A stretch of DNA of 64,000 bases from a virus, in the IMG/VR virus record IMGVR_UViG_3300044731_001604, positions 32,001-96,000 of that record; one strand, written 5' to 3'. This document shows positions 26,696-35,587 of this stretch, one piece after another. Every line of letters starts with the position of its first letter. Position 1 is the stretch's first letter. A program made the translations under genes and the position numbers. The notes below the pieces were generated by a model, which was not told the origin of the DNA, did not search any database, and saw nothing but the letters and a program-made list of their open reading frames with translations.

Positions 26696-28770
26696 AACTC
26701 ACCTTCATCATCTCTGTTCTTACGTGCGCCCGTGTACTGTATATCAGTAAATCCTGGTAAATTATTTTGATCAATCATAGAGTTAGTAGTTTCAAAATCT
26801 ATATTGCCAGTTGGGTATTGTGGAATTCCGCTAACTGAGGACGCTATCATTCCATTTGAAACTTGACAAACTGTTCTAAACATTTTTCTTCCTGAAGCAT
26901 CCAAAGATCCTGTGTGAGAAACTGCGTCAATATGGAATAGGACTCCCCTTACTTGGAGATTATCTCCTTCACAGATTGGCTCTTGAATTCCTTGCAATGA
27001 CACAGATCCGAAATGTTTTAGGTGTCCATTAAATAGCCAGTCAGCTCTTTGTCTAGCTAATATATCAACTATGGTTCCGAAGTCATCAGACGCAACGTCG
27101 TAATTAGTCTCAGTAATATCAGCTCTTAATCCGTGACGTTTAATGTCCCCATCATCAGATACATAGTTCGGTTTTAGGAACTGAACTCTTTTCATTGTTT
27201 CAGGGCTAACAGCTCCGCCTGATATTTCAGCAGCTCTATTTCTTCCCCAAACTTGAACAAAGTTAATTCTATTAGATTCGCTTGATGCTGTATCAATACT
27301 TAAAAGGACAGATTCGTCAATTATCCAACGCGGCAATTCTCCGAACATTGTTCTTTCAGCTAGATCTGGAGCAACCTTTGCTATCTTTTCATAAGTTTTA
27401 GCCATATCAGAAGTGTTCGGAACCTTGTTCTCTTTCTCTTTTGCTATCTTATCTTTGATTTGATCAGCAATGCTTTTCTTTTTTGGAGATCCAGCTTTCT
27501 TTTCTTGTAACACTGGAGCCTTTTTTAATAGATATGGAAATAGCCCGGTGCTTAATGGTTTCTCTCTAACTATTAAATGAGGTCTTATTTGTCCTTGTCT
27601 ATTGCACCTTAATACAGTGTACATTTCGTTTACAACTGGATTTAAGAATTGGGAATATATATTCCAAAATGAGTTATTGTCCCAAATAGGTGGCATTAAA
27701 AATGGGACATACCCTTTGCAGCGAGTTTTACTTCTATGGAAAACACCTTCAGCAGATGATTCTGGAGTAAAGTCTGGGGAGAATTGTTCCCAAGTATTTT
27801 TACCTGTATTTTTATATTTTTGTAAGCCCAAGTTTAAATTGTATAATTGCCACAATTTGCTAGCCTTTGGCGCATGGAAAATGTTAGCTACGCTATCGGG
27901 TATTCCAATAGCATCAGAGAAAACCCCTTTTGCTCCCGGTATAACATTGTTGGCTAAGTTTGAACTTGTATCAACACCCATTGTTATAATAAACAATAAT
28001 CCAATGATCGCCTCTGGAGATGTATCCCCAGTTATTCCACTTCCGCTTGGGTTTGCTCTATAGAAATTCAGGAACGCTTTACTTAAGTTGGTTAAAGCTG
28101 CGTCCATGCCATTTGTTACGCCTTTTTGTGGAATGCTTGCTTTTTGGCCAGGATTTAATGAATCTCCTAGTTTTTCCAATTCATTTTGTAAAAAGGATTG
28201 GGCAGCTAGATTAGAATCTCTTGAATTAAGACCGCTGATAACATCTTGCGCTACGAAACTATAATAAACACTTGAGCTTAATTCTAAAAAGGATTGACAC
28301 GAAACTGTTTGATTTATAGATCTTTGTCCACTTGAAGAAATAGAGTCAGAATTCTGTACACTTAAAACTCTTCCAAAGAACTTAAGTCCAGATCTCCAAT
28401 CATTTAAAGATACTTTGCCTTTACCGAAAAGAGCGTCAACTATACCGTCAATATGATTTTGTTGATCAGACATCCACACAAAAACGTAATCACCTGGGGC
28501 AACTGCGTGTGGGTACCATATATCACCCGGTTTCATTGTTAATGAGCAAGTTTTGGCAAATGATGATTTGGAATTATTGATAGAAACAGATACGCAATCA
28601 TTTTCTACTACCATTAGTGGTTTTTCTGCGAATGGCTTTTCATTACCTGAATACATAAAGCCTGGAGTTTTAAATCTTACAAACGCAACGCACCATGAAG
28701 GGTTTCTGCTTTCAAAGAAATCCCCCTCACTGTCTTTTGTTGCTGTTAAAAGGTAAGATGGTGCCGTCAT
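26692..28770 (-). CDS. Baseplate hub-like protein
   Basis: Between tape measure and spike; C-term GSVSLQG...I.EGDNL...FHIDAVSHT. Confidence 0.6.
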   Translation of the reverse strand: MTAPSYLLTATKDSEGDFFESRNPSWCVAFVRFKTPGFMYSGNEKPFAEKPLMVVENDCVSVSINNSKSSFAKTCSLTMKPGDIWYPHAVAPGDYVFVWMSDQQNHIDGIVDALFGKGKVSLNDWRSGLKFFGRVLSVQNSDSISSSGQRSINQTVSCQSFLELSSSVYYSFVAQDVISGLNSRDSNLAAQSFLQNELEKLGDSLNPGQKASIPQKGVTNGMDAALTNLSKAFLNFYRANPSGSGITGDTSPEAIIGLLFIITMGVDTSSNLANNVIPGAKGVFSDAIGIPDSVANIFHAPKASKLWQLYNLNLGLQKYKNTGKNTWEQFSPDFTPESSAEGVFHRSKTRCKGYVPFLMPPIWDNNSFWNIYSQFLNPVVNEMYTVLRCNRQGQIRPHLIVREKPLSTGLFPYLLKKAPVLQEKKAGSPKKKSIADQIKDKIAKEKENKVPNTSDMAKTYEKIAKVAPDLAERTMFGELPRWIIDESVLLSIDTASSESNRINFVQVWGRNRAAEISGGAVSPETMKRVQFLKPNYVSDDGDIKRHGLRADITETNYDVASDDFGTIVDILARQRADWLFNGHLKHFGSVSLQGIQEPICEGDNLQVRGVLFHIDAVSHTGSLDASGRKMFRTVCQVSNGMIASSVSGIPQYPTGNIDFETTNSMIDQNNLPGFTDIQYTGARKNRDDEGEL

Positions 28771-31007
28771 TATCTATTCTTTTGTGGTCCGGTTACGACC
28801 TGTGGCGGAGCATTACTTGTCCCAACTGGACCTTTTGCCCCTAGTTTTTGTATTTCATCTATTGTATTTTGGTATCCTTTTATAACAGCTCTTGTTATAG
28901 CGTCGGATACCTGAGCGCCTGTTTTATTTAACATATTTTGCATTGCAGTATCTGCGCCTGCTTCAACTCCAGCTCTTCCTCTATCTGTAATATCAGCACC
29001 AGAAACAGCGGCAACTTCCACTGGCTTAGAACCTTCTGGAGGAGTGAATGAAGCTTTAGCTACATCGAAGAATCCGCCTCCGCCTTTTGTATTATCAAAA
29101 GCTTTAAGAGATCCTGTCATGTATAAAGTTGATACGTCTTTTCCGGTCGCTCTATTTAATCTCTCTAATTCAGGTGCGCCAACACTGCTTGCAAATGCAG
29201 TTTTAGCTATATCTAAACTTGAGCCCAAAGCAGCGGCAACTTCTTTAGGCGACATTTTGCCGCCCAAATATTTAGAAATTGCTTCATGTGTGCTTGATGC
29301 AGTTAAATCCATTTTAGAGAACGTTTCCACAGCAAAGGCATTTGTTATGCCCATTGATGCAAGTTTTTGAATCATGATAGTATTGATTCCGCCGCCGCCG
29401 ATCCCCATTCTTTGTTGCAATGCTTCAAAATTTGTTATGCCTTGGAATGTTTTTTCAACTCCCGGCAACATAGGGTTAACTGCAGATACTGCGCCGGCAA
29501 CTGCTCCGCCAACTGTCAATTCGCTTTCGCCCAAACCACGTTGGCCAGCGCGAGCGGCTATGTAATCATTCATGGCACTTCTAGCCGGTTGATCTAAAAC
29601 AGAAGTTAATCCAGATATAGCACCAAGTGTATTATACCCAGCTTGTGCAGCAGGTAAACTGATTCTATTTAAAGCTGCATTTCTTAATTGTGCCTGTTGA
29701 GTTGCGGCACTAAATCCATAAGCTGCATTTGCGAATGAAAATGATGCAATCTCAGCTTCTCTTCCCATTGGATTAATACCTTGTGCAACCATTGCATTTA
29801 AAATTGGATTAGCTCTTGTCATACTAACGCCCTGTCTACTGATTAAAGCAGACAAAGTATCAGTTGCAGCCACTCCCAAAAGCCTTTGGATTTTTTCTAA
29901 ATCAGCATCACGAGTCATTCTGTTTGAACCAGCTTCTCGTCCAGCAAGTCCATATAATTCTAAATCTCTAGATCTATATTCGCCACGAGTTTCAGCTTCA
30001 ATTTGTTCTCTAGTTTTTTCTGTAGCACGACCAGCAAAAAAACCGCCAGCGCCACCAATTAAACCACCGAGCAATGTTCCAACTGGACCGCCCATAAATG
30101 TACCAGCAACAGCTCCAGCCCCTGCGCCTTGTAAAGCTCTGGCCCAGGCAGTTTGTAATCTTGTTTTTGAGCTAACCATATTTGAATATGCTGGGTCATT
30201 GGTAATATTTGCTTCTAATCCAACACCTGATTCTTGTAAAAGTAAGGCAGTTGGGTCGCCTTGCATAGCACCCTGAGCAGCGCCAAGTCTCAGACGTCTT
30301 TGCGCTAAGTATGCATCAGTCCCCATAGTATAATCTTGTCTGATGCTTCCTTCATTGTATAAGCCCCAAGCTCTTTCAGCTCCAACATAAGCTCCACCAA
30401 CTCCAGCCAATAATCTAGGACCATATTGCATTAATGCGCCACGAGTAGCGTATTCGCCTAAACCAACAGACGACATTGATGAATATAATCTTTCGTTTAT
30501 TGGGCTAGCAACTCTAATTTGTTGCTCAAGTTGTTGTTTTTGTTGTGCAATTGCTACAGCAGATGCTTGTGTAGCGGCAAGTTCTTTTTGTCTTAGAGCT
30601 TCCCCAGCTTGAAAATCAGATTCAGACATAGACGCTTTTTTAGCTCTAAACTTTTCTAATTCCGCCTCATTATCTTTTAATTTTCTTAAAATTTCGTCTG
30701 ATTGCTGCTCGAAGTGTTTGACTTCAATTTTAGCAGCATCAATTATTCCTTTATAGCTTTTTCCTAGGAATTCATTCGATTTACGGGTTAGTTCATCAAA
30801 AGCATTAGTTATTCCACCTAGACCGCTTTGAGATTTTGTCAAAGATTCTAATGCTTTAGTGATTGATTGCATTTTTTTGTCAATACCATCAAATGATGTA
30901 CCGCCAGCATTACCCAAGCTATTTAGGCGCGACTCAGCCTCTTTTAACAATGTATTCACATTGTCTAAGCCTTCGATTCCTGCTGAAAATGTTAACTTGG
31001 CAGCCAC
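28770..31007 (-). CDS. Tape measure protein
   Basis: A/G-rich helical protein with a GAGAGAVAG...GGLIGGAGG stretch, downstream of chaperone pair. Confidence 0.7.
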   Translation of the reverse strand: MAAKLTFSAGIEGLDNVNTLLKEAESRLNSLGNAGGTSFDGIDKKMQSITKALESLTKSQSGLGGITNAFDELTRKSNEFLGKSYKGIIDAAKIEVKHFEQQSDEILRKLKDNEAELEKFRAKKASMSESDFQAGEALRQKELAATQASAVAIAQQKQQLEQQIRVASPINERLYSSMSSVGLGEYATRGALMQYGPRLLAGVGGAYVGAERAWGLYNEGSIRQDYTMGTDAYLAQRRLRLGAAQGAMQGDPTALLLQESGVGLEANITNDPAYSNMVSSKTRLQTAWARALQGAGAGAVAGTFMGGPVGTLLGGLIGGAGGFFAGRATEKTREQIEAETRGEYRSRDLELYGLAGREAGSNRMTRDADLEKIQRLLGVAATDTLSALISRQGVSMTRANPILNAMVAQGINPMGREAEIASFSFANAAYGFSAATQQAQLRNAALNRISLPAAQAGYNTLGAISGLTSVLDQPARSAMNDYIAARAGQRGLGESELTVGGAVAGAVSAVNPMLPGVEKTFQGITNFEALQQRMGIGGGGINTIMIQKLASMGITNAFAVETFSKMDLTASSTHEAISKYLGGKMSPKEVAAALGSSLDIAKTAFASSVGAPELERLNRATGKDVSTLYMTGSLKAFDNTKGGGGFFDVAKASFTPPEGSKPVEVAAVSGADITDRGRAGVEAGADTAMQNMLNKTGAQVSDAITRAVIKGYQNTIDEIQKLGAKGPVGTSNAPPQVVTGPQKNR

Positions 31008-31041
31008 GGTTTAACCTCTTTTAATTGTATCTTGTATATAT

Positions 31042-31050
31042 AAGATTAGG
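31042..31050 (-). promoter_or_regulatory. Late-promoter-like motif CCTAATCTT
   Basis: Directly after upstream TGA. Confidence 0.7.
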
Positions 31051-31467
31051 TCAAAATTCATCAGAATCTTGAAATTCTTCAAAAGGTATTTCTTCATTAA
31101 CTTCAACTACTTGGTTTTTATCAAACTCTTTATCTATATTGGCCAATTCTTGTTTATACCATTCGTCATCTTCAAGGTAAACTTGTTCAGCCTCTTCGTC
31201 AAGAACAGAGCCTCTAACTGCATCTTCGATAACTTCTTCAAAGATCTTCTTCTCTTCTTCTGAACCGTTTGCTAGTTTATAAAACTGTTCTTCATAATAA
31301 TTTTGCAGGACAAACTCATACGGATAATCTAATACCGTTTTTAACGGGGTGCTAAATTCTCTGCTAAACCAGCGGCAAATGCTTCTATACCAACTATCAA
31401 AAGTTGGATTTTTAGTGTCAGCAATTGCCGTGTTTTTAATAACTAGGAGTTCGTCCTGAGTAATCAT
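31051..31467 (-). CDS. Putative tail assembly chaperone, second ORF
   Basis: Position before tape measure; acidic C-terminus. Confidence 0.5.
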   Translation of the reverse strand: MITQDELLVIKNTAIADTKNPTFDSWYRSICRWFSREFSTPLKTVLDYPYEFVLQNYYEEQFYKLANGSEEEKKIFEEVIEDAVRGSVLDEEAEQVYLEDDEWYKQELANIDKEFDKNQVVEVNEEIPFEEFQDSDEF

Positions 31468-31469
31468 TA

Positions 31470-31847
31470 CTAGCCTTTTGCAAGTTGCTCTAAAGCTTTT
31501 TTGGCTTTATCTTTTAATTCTTCTTTGCGTTTTTTCTCTTCTTTTAAACATGCTTCAAAAAGAAGTGGGATAAGATTTTCATCTACTAAATCTAATCCGC
31601 TATTTGAATTTGTCCACCAAGCTGGGGCTTCGAGGATTCTGACAGACAATTCAGCAATCATGTAAGCTTCACCTTGTAAAGCTGGCGGAGCAGCTTGGGA
31701 ATCATTGCCCAATACAAAGCGACGTTTTTCGTCAGAAACAAACTGATCTCTTCTGCTTAGTAAAGTTTTTACTTTGAATTTGCCTTCAAAAATGCTTCCT
31801 GTTTCAGATCCAACTTCACTAAAATTAATGATACCAACTTCTTCCAT
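31470..31847 (-). CDS. Putative tail assembly chaperone
   Basis: FEGKFKVK...AELSVRILEAPAWW pattern; GGAGG RBS; position. Confidence 0.6.
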   Translation of the reverse strand: MEEVGIINFSEVGSETGSIFEGKFKVKTLLSRRDQFVSDEKRRFVLGNDSQAAPPALQGEAYMIAELSVRILEAPAWWTNSNSGLDLVDENLIPLLFEACLKEEKKRKEELKDKAKKALEQLAKG

Positions 31848-31946
31848 TTAAACCTCCGGTAATATAATATACCACATTATTTAGTTTGAATTTAATTTAG
31901 TTTCAATTTAATTTTGTGGTATATTTGTTTAATTAAAGGAGAATAT

Positions 31947-32411
31947 ATGTCTGATAGTTTACCTTCAGCTAAGCAAGAGATGTACCACGTAATCATGTTA
32001 ACTCCCGATCAGCAATATTCTTTAAAGTTACTAATGCAAAATCTTTTTTGCCACTTTTTAACAGATGCCATTAAAAAAGTCTACGATAATAATGATGAGT
32101 CTACAGCAGTACATAATACCCACATGTCTATTCTTTATTTTAAAAAATTTAATGATTTAAATGACTTATTGGCTACAGAAGATCAAGTTAGGACAGCTGA
32201 CTCTAAAATATTAACTATACAGCCAAGTATGATGAAATCAATCGTTAAAGCAGTTGAAGGCTATGATAAAGATAATTGTTATTTAAATAACGATGATTTG
32301 AGATGGGTTGAGATACATATCAAAGATTTAACCCAAAAAGTTCAAGAATCTTACCAATTTACATATAGCATGTCTGAGATACAAACTGAAAAGAAACGTT
32401 CTGGAATTTAG
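31947..32411 (+). CDS. Hypothetical protein
   Basis: Start revised to MSDSL after AAGGAG. Confidence 0.65.
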   Translation: MSDSLPSAKQEMYHVIMLTPDQQYSLKLLMQNLFCHFLTDAIKKVYDNNDESTAVHNTHMSILYFKKFNDLNDLLATEDQVRTADSKILTIQPSMMKSIVKAVEGYDKDNCYLNNDDLRWVEIHIKDLTQKVQESYQFTYSMSEIQTEKKRSGI

Positions 32412-32440
32412 TTGACTTTTGCATTAAAGCAAGGTATAAT
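32412..32440 (+). promoter_or_regulatory. sigma70-type promoter
   Basis: TTGACT-17 nt-TATAAT. Confidence 0.8.
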
Positions 32441-32459
32441 TATATTGTCAGGAGGTTAC

Positions 32460-32747
32460 ATGTACTCAAGAGAATTTAGATTAACATTTGAGGCTGATTG
32501 TTTCGGCGATTATGTTAAAAAATTTTATGTTGATGGTTATGTTAACAGAAAAAGAGGCAAAGTGACAATTACAGATGTATATTTAACAGATAAAGAGACC
32601 GGTGTAGAGTTTGCTGGAAAATTGGAACAACAAGATGCTGAGAAATTAGCCAACGAATTAGAGAACTTAAAGGATATGGCTGACGACTTAGACTTTTGGC
32701 ACGATGATTCTTTTGACGAATATGATGAAGACATGGGTGATTTATGA
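32460..32747 (+). CDS. Small protein with acidic tail
   Basis: Start revised to MYSREF after AGGAGG; D/E-rich C-terminus. Confidence 0.7.
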   Translation: MYSREFRLTFEADCFGDYVKKFYVDGYVNRKRGKVTITDVYLTDKETGVEFAGKLEQQDAEKLANELENLKDMADDLDFWHDDSFDEYDEDMGDL

Positions 32748-32938
32748 TTAATTTAATCGGTTTTGTGGTTTTATTATTTATGGCGTATGTTGTTAGTTCT
32801 ATTTTGTTTTTACGAAAAGAATTAAGCGATTTAGATCTTTTAACACAACAAAGGGTAAGACACCTTAGAAAGCAAGTTGCTGAATTAAAACTTAAAAATT
32901 TAAAAGGTTCTAAGCTAGAGAACGATATCGAGGTTTAA
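32744..32938 (+). CDS. Small membrane protein
   Basis: N-terminal hydrophobic helix. Confidence 0.6.
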   Translation: MINLIGFVVLLFMAYVVSSILFLRKELSDLDLLTQQRVRHLRKQVAELKLKNLKGSKLENDIEV

Positions 32939-32939
32939 G

Positions 32940-33128
32940 ATGACTAAGCGCGAATTGTCCGCATCTGTTTACATATTGGTTACTTTTATTATATGCTATT
33001 TTGCTTATGGTGTTTATCAGACAAAACAACAAATTTCTCAAGCTTGTGAAGATCAGTGCTACCCGGCGGATGTTAAAGACGCAGATATGCAATATTGTAA
33101 ATGTTTTTACAAAAAAGCTGGGATGTAA
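32940..33128 (+). CDS. Small membrane protein, Cys-rich C-terminus
   Basis: TM helix then CxxxC...CxC. Confidence 0.6.
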   Translation: MTKRELSASVYILVTFIICYFAYGVYQTKQQISQACEDQCYPADVKDADMQYCKCFYKKAGM

Positions 33129-33301
33129 TGGTTAAAAGAGAGCGCATTAGTCTTGGTCTTAATGGTAAAATAAGTTTAGTAATCGGCGATCAAGTCGGAT
33201 ACGATCTATTAAATCATTTGTACACGAAGCTCTATAAAGATTTAAACTATAGTATTGCAATTAAACTACGTTCATACTTATACGAGAAACCCCAAAAATG
33301 A
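33128..33301 (+). CDS. MKKRxQ-family small protein B1
   Basis: Start revised to MVKRERI (TAATG overlap). Confidence 0.7.
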   Translation: MVKRERISLGLNGKISLVIGDQVGYDLLNHLYTKLYKDLNYSIAIKLRSYLYEKPQK

Positions 33302-33495
33302 ATAAGAGAGATCAACACACCATTTCATTTGATTATGAGCTGAGGACAGTATTTCATAATTATTTTTCAACACAAATGCATGGCGATCTTACAAGAGATG
33401 TGTGGATGGAAATTTGGGAAAAACTCGCCTACCAACTAAAAGATAATATGAAAGATAAAGTTAAAGACGTAATTAAGGACAGAATTTCAAAATGA
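33298..33495 (+). CDS. MKKRxQ-family small protein B2
   Basis: MNKRDQ start; VWMEIWEKLAYQLKDNM. Confidence 0.75.
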   Translation: MNKRDQHTISFDYELRTVFHNYFSTQMHGDLTRDVWMEIWEKLAYQLKDNMKDKVKDVIKDRISK

Positions 33496-34382
33496 AAAAG
33501 TTTTATGTATTTGATGTTTCAAATCTATTCTATCGTGGTATCTATGGATCTCAATTAACAACGTCTGAAGGTCGTCCTGTACAGGGATTGCACGGATTCA
33601 TCCAAATTTCTCAAGGGATTATAAAAGATCACAAGCCGGATTATATGCTATTTGCATTAGAGGGCGGCAACCAGCTCAGAAAAAGCATCGACCCGAACTA
33701 TAAAGCAAACAGACCTCCACTTGAGGAAGATATCAAATGGCAAAAAGATTTATTACCTGAACTAATATCTGCTATGGGATATCCAAGTTGGTCTAGCCGT
33801 GGGTTTGAGGCTGATGATGTAATTAATGCTATGGTTAAATTAGGACAAAAGCAAAATCTTGAAGTTGTTATAGTAAGCAGCGATAAAGATTTTAATTGTT
33901 TATTGGGCGAAAATGTTTCTATGTATAATTTAGGTGCTGATAAATATGTCACGAGTCAATCCGTCTTAGAGAAGTACGGCATAACTACAAATCAATTCCA
34001 AGATTATCTGGCAATTGTTGGCGATACGGCAGATAATATCAAAGGCGTATCTGGAGTTGGACCAAAAGGAGCCGCCCAAGCTCTTCAGTCATTTGGTACA
34101 TTAGAAAATATATATAACAACATAGGAGCCCTAAAGCCTAGCCTAGCTAAGAAATTTTCTAATTCAATAGAAGACGTTAAATTGGCTAGGAGGCTAGTAG
34201 CATTGCATTGGCCATCGGACATACCTGAAGACTTAGACGTAACGCAATTTGCGTACGGTGAAGTAAATGCCGATAAGCTTAAACCATTGCTTAGAATGTT
34301 AGAATTCAGAGACTTTGAAAAAATATTTTTTGGCGCACAAATTCTTATCCTAAACGGTATAGAATTTGGAACAAGAAAGTGA
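33492..34382 (+). CDS. 5'-3' exonuclease / flap endonuclease (PolI N-terminal-like)
   Basis: YKANR, GFEADDVI, SSDKDF, GDTADNIKGVSGVGPKGA motifs. Confidence 0.93.
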   Translation: MKKFYVFDVSNLFYRGIYGSQLTTSEGRPVQGLHGFIQISQGIIKDHKPDYMLFALEGGNQLRKSIDPNYKANRPPLEEDIKWQKDLLPELISAMGYPSWSSRGFEADDVINAMVKLGQKQNLEVVIVSSDKDFNCLLGENVSMYNLGADKYVTSQSVLEKYGITTNQFQDYLAIVGDTADNIKGVSGVGPKGAAQALQSFGTLENIYNNIGALKPSLAKKFSNSIEDVKLARRLVALHWPSDIPEDLDVTQFAYGEVNADKLKPLLRMLEFRDFEKIFFGAQILILNGIEFGTRK

Positions 34383-34431
34383 TTGAAAATTATTAATTAT
34401 CTGTTACAATGACAACTGTGGAGGAACTAAA

Positions 34432-34806
34432 ATGAGACAAGTGTTAATAGAAAAAAATGAATTGATCAATGAGATAAGTGGGTCTAAAATTAAATTTGAG
34501 GTAAACGATATTGAAATCTTGCCGTTTTCGATTGATAAACACGGCGTGATGGTTAGATTTCCTTTTTCTGTCAAATCATTGTCTGGTGGAAAATTAGATT
34601 TAGACTTCTCGTTACCAAAAGATCTTGTTTCTAAAGGTGTTTGCCTAATGGGTGCTTATTGGGAAAATAATGAGATAACTGCATATTTAACAAGCACCTT
34701 AGATAAGGTTGAAGTTGAAAAGAATGACGTGTTTCTAATCGCCACTCTAATTGAAGTAGTTTATTTTAGACAGATCTCTAAGGAAGTGTCTGAGATACGG
34801 GAATAG
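34432..34806 (+). CDS. Hypothetical protein
   Basis: GGAGG RBS; TTGAAA...TACAAT upstream. Confidence 0.6.
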   Translation: MRQVLIEKNELINEISGSKIKFEVNDIEILPFSIDKHGVMVRFPFSVKSLSGGKLDLDFSLPKDLVSKGVCLMGAYWENNEITAYLTSTLDKVEVEKNDVFLIATLIEVVYFRQISKEVSEIRE

Positions 34807-34814
34807 TATTTTAA

Positions 34815-35210
34815 TTATTTTAGTGCTTGTACAATACCAAGAACAGTCGCGATTGCACCGACTAGCCAAATAATGGCTTTTATGCTTATAGAGACCATGC
34901 TTACATGGTCTTCAATTGGCTCCATTCTCTCTTCTAAGAGAGCAGTTCTCTTCATGTGTTCTCTTAAGTTTTCTTCTTGCTTATCTAATAAAACATTATT
35001 TTTTGCTAAAGTTGTGTTAATGTCCTGCAAAGATCTGCTGATATCTGTGATCTCTCTAGCCATCTCAGAATCTGCATCAAAGTGGGCCTCAAGAAGGGTC
35101 GTTTGTTTTACGACAGAATTTGAAATCTCACGTAATTCATCGTGAAACTGATTTTGCATGTCAGTTTGTTTTTGATCTAGAAGTTCTATGCTTCTTCTTA
35201 CGTCATCCAT
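34815..35210 (-). CDS. Coiled-coil protein with C-terminal TM helix (lysis-associated?)
   Basis: Heptad pattern then AIIWLVGAIATVLGIV. Confidence 0.55.
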   Translation of the reverse strand: MDDVRRSIELLDQKQTDMQNQFHDELREISNSVVKQTTLLEAHFDADSEMAREITDISRSLQDINTTLAKNNVLLDKQEENLREHMKRTALLEERMEPIEDHVSMVSISIKAIIWLVGAIATVLGIVQALK

Positions 35211-35250
35211 TTCAATTACCTTTACTAAAACCCTAATACCTTACAATAAG

Positions 35251-35259
35251 TAGATTAGG
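35251..35259 (-). promoter_or_regulatory. Late-promoter-like motif CCTAATCTA
   Basis: Overlaps upstream stop codon. Confidence 0.6.
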
Positions 35260-35575
35260 TATTAATATTATCGTTTTCAGAGGTATTTTTCTCTTTTTCT
35301 TCTTTATTTGTACCTTCTATGCGGTTACTGCCATTAATCCACGTTCTTCCGAAGTGTAACCCAGCGGAAGCATAGAAGAATTGTAGGGCCTGATTTACGT
35401 CTATTTTAAGGTCTAGGCCGTATTTTCCCACAATACCAATAATTACTAGCAAACTGCTTATAACAACTAAAGTTAGGCTTTCGCTTGCCCTACCCTCATC
35501 CCTAACCATTGGAATTGGAATTCCCTTAGAATTCATATTATTTATTATTTGTAACCATTTATCTTTTAATTTCAT
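35255..35575 (-). CDS. Putative holin-like membrane protein
   Basis: One clear and one weak TM segment, charged C-terminus. Confidence 0.45.
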   Translation of the reverse strand: MKLKDKWLQIINNMNSKGIPIPMVRDEGRASESLTLVVISSLLVIIGIVGKYGLDLKIDVNQALQFFYASAGLHFGRTWINGSNRIEGTNKEEKEKNTSENDNINT

Positions 35576-35587
35576 TTTAATTATCCT

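Noticed and set aside
32940-33128. MTKREL ORF as a family member
   Set aside because: Has a transmembrane helix and Cys-rich tail, with no 4-residue periodicity
34815-35575. Complete lysis cassette
   Set aside because: Two membrane proteins are present but no endolysin motif was recognised nearby
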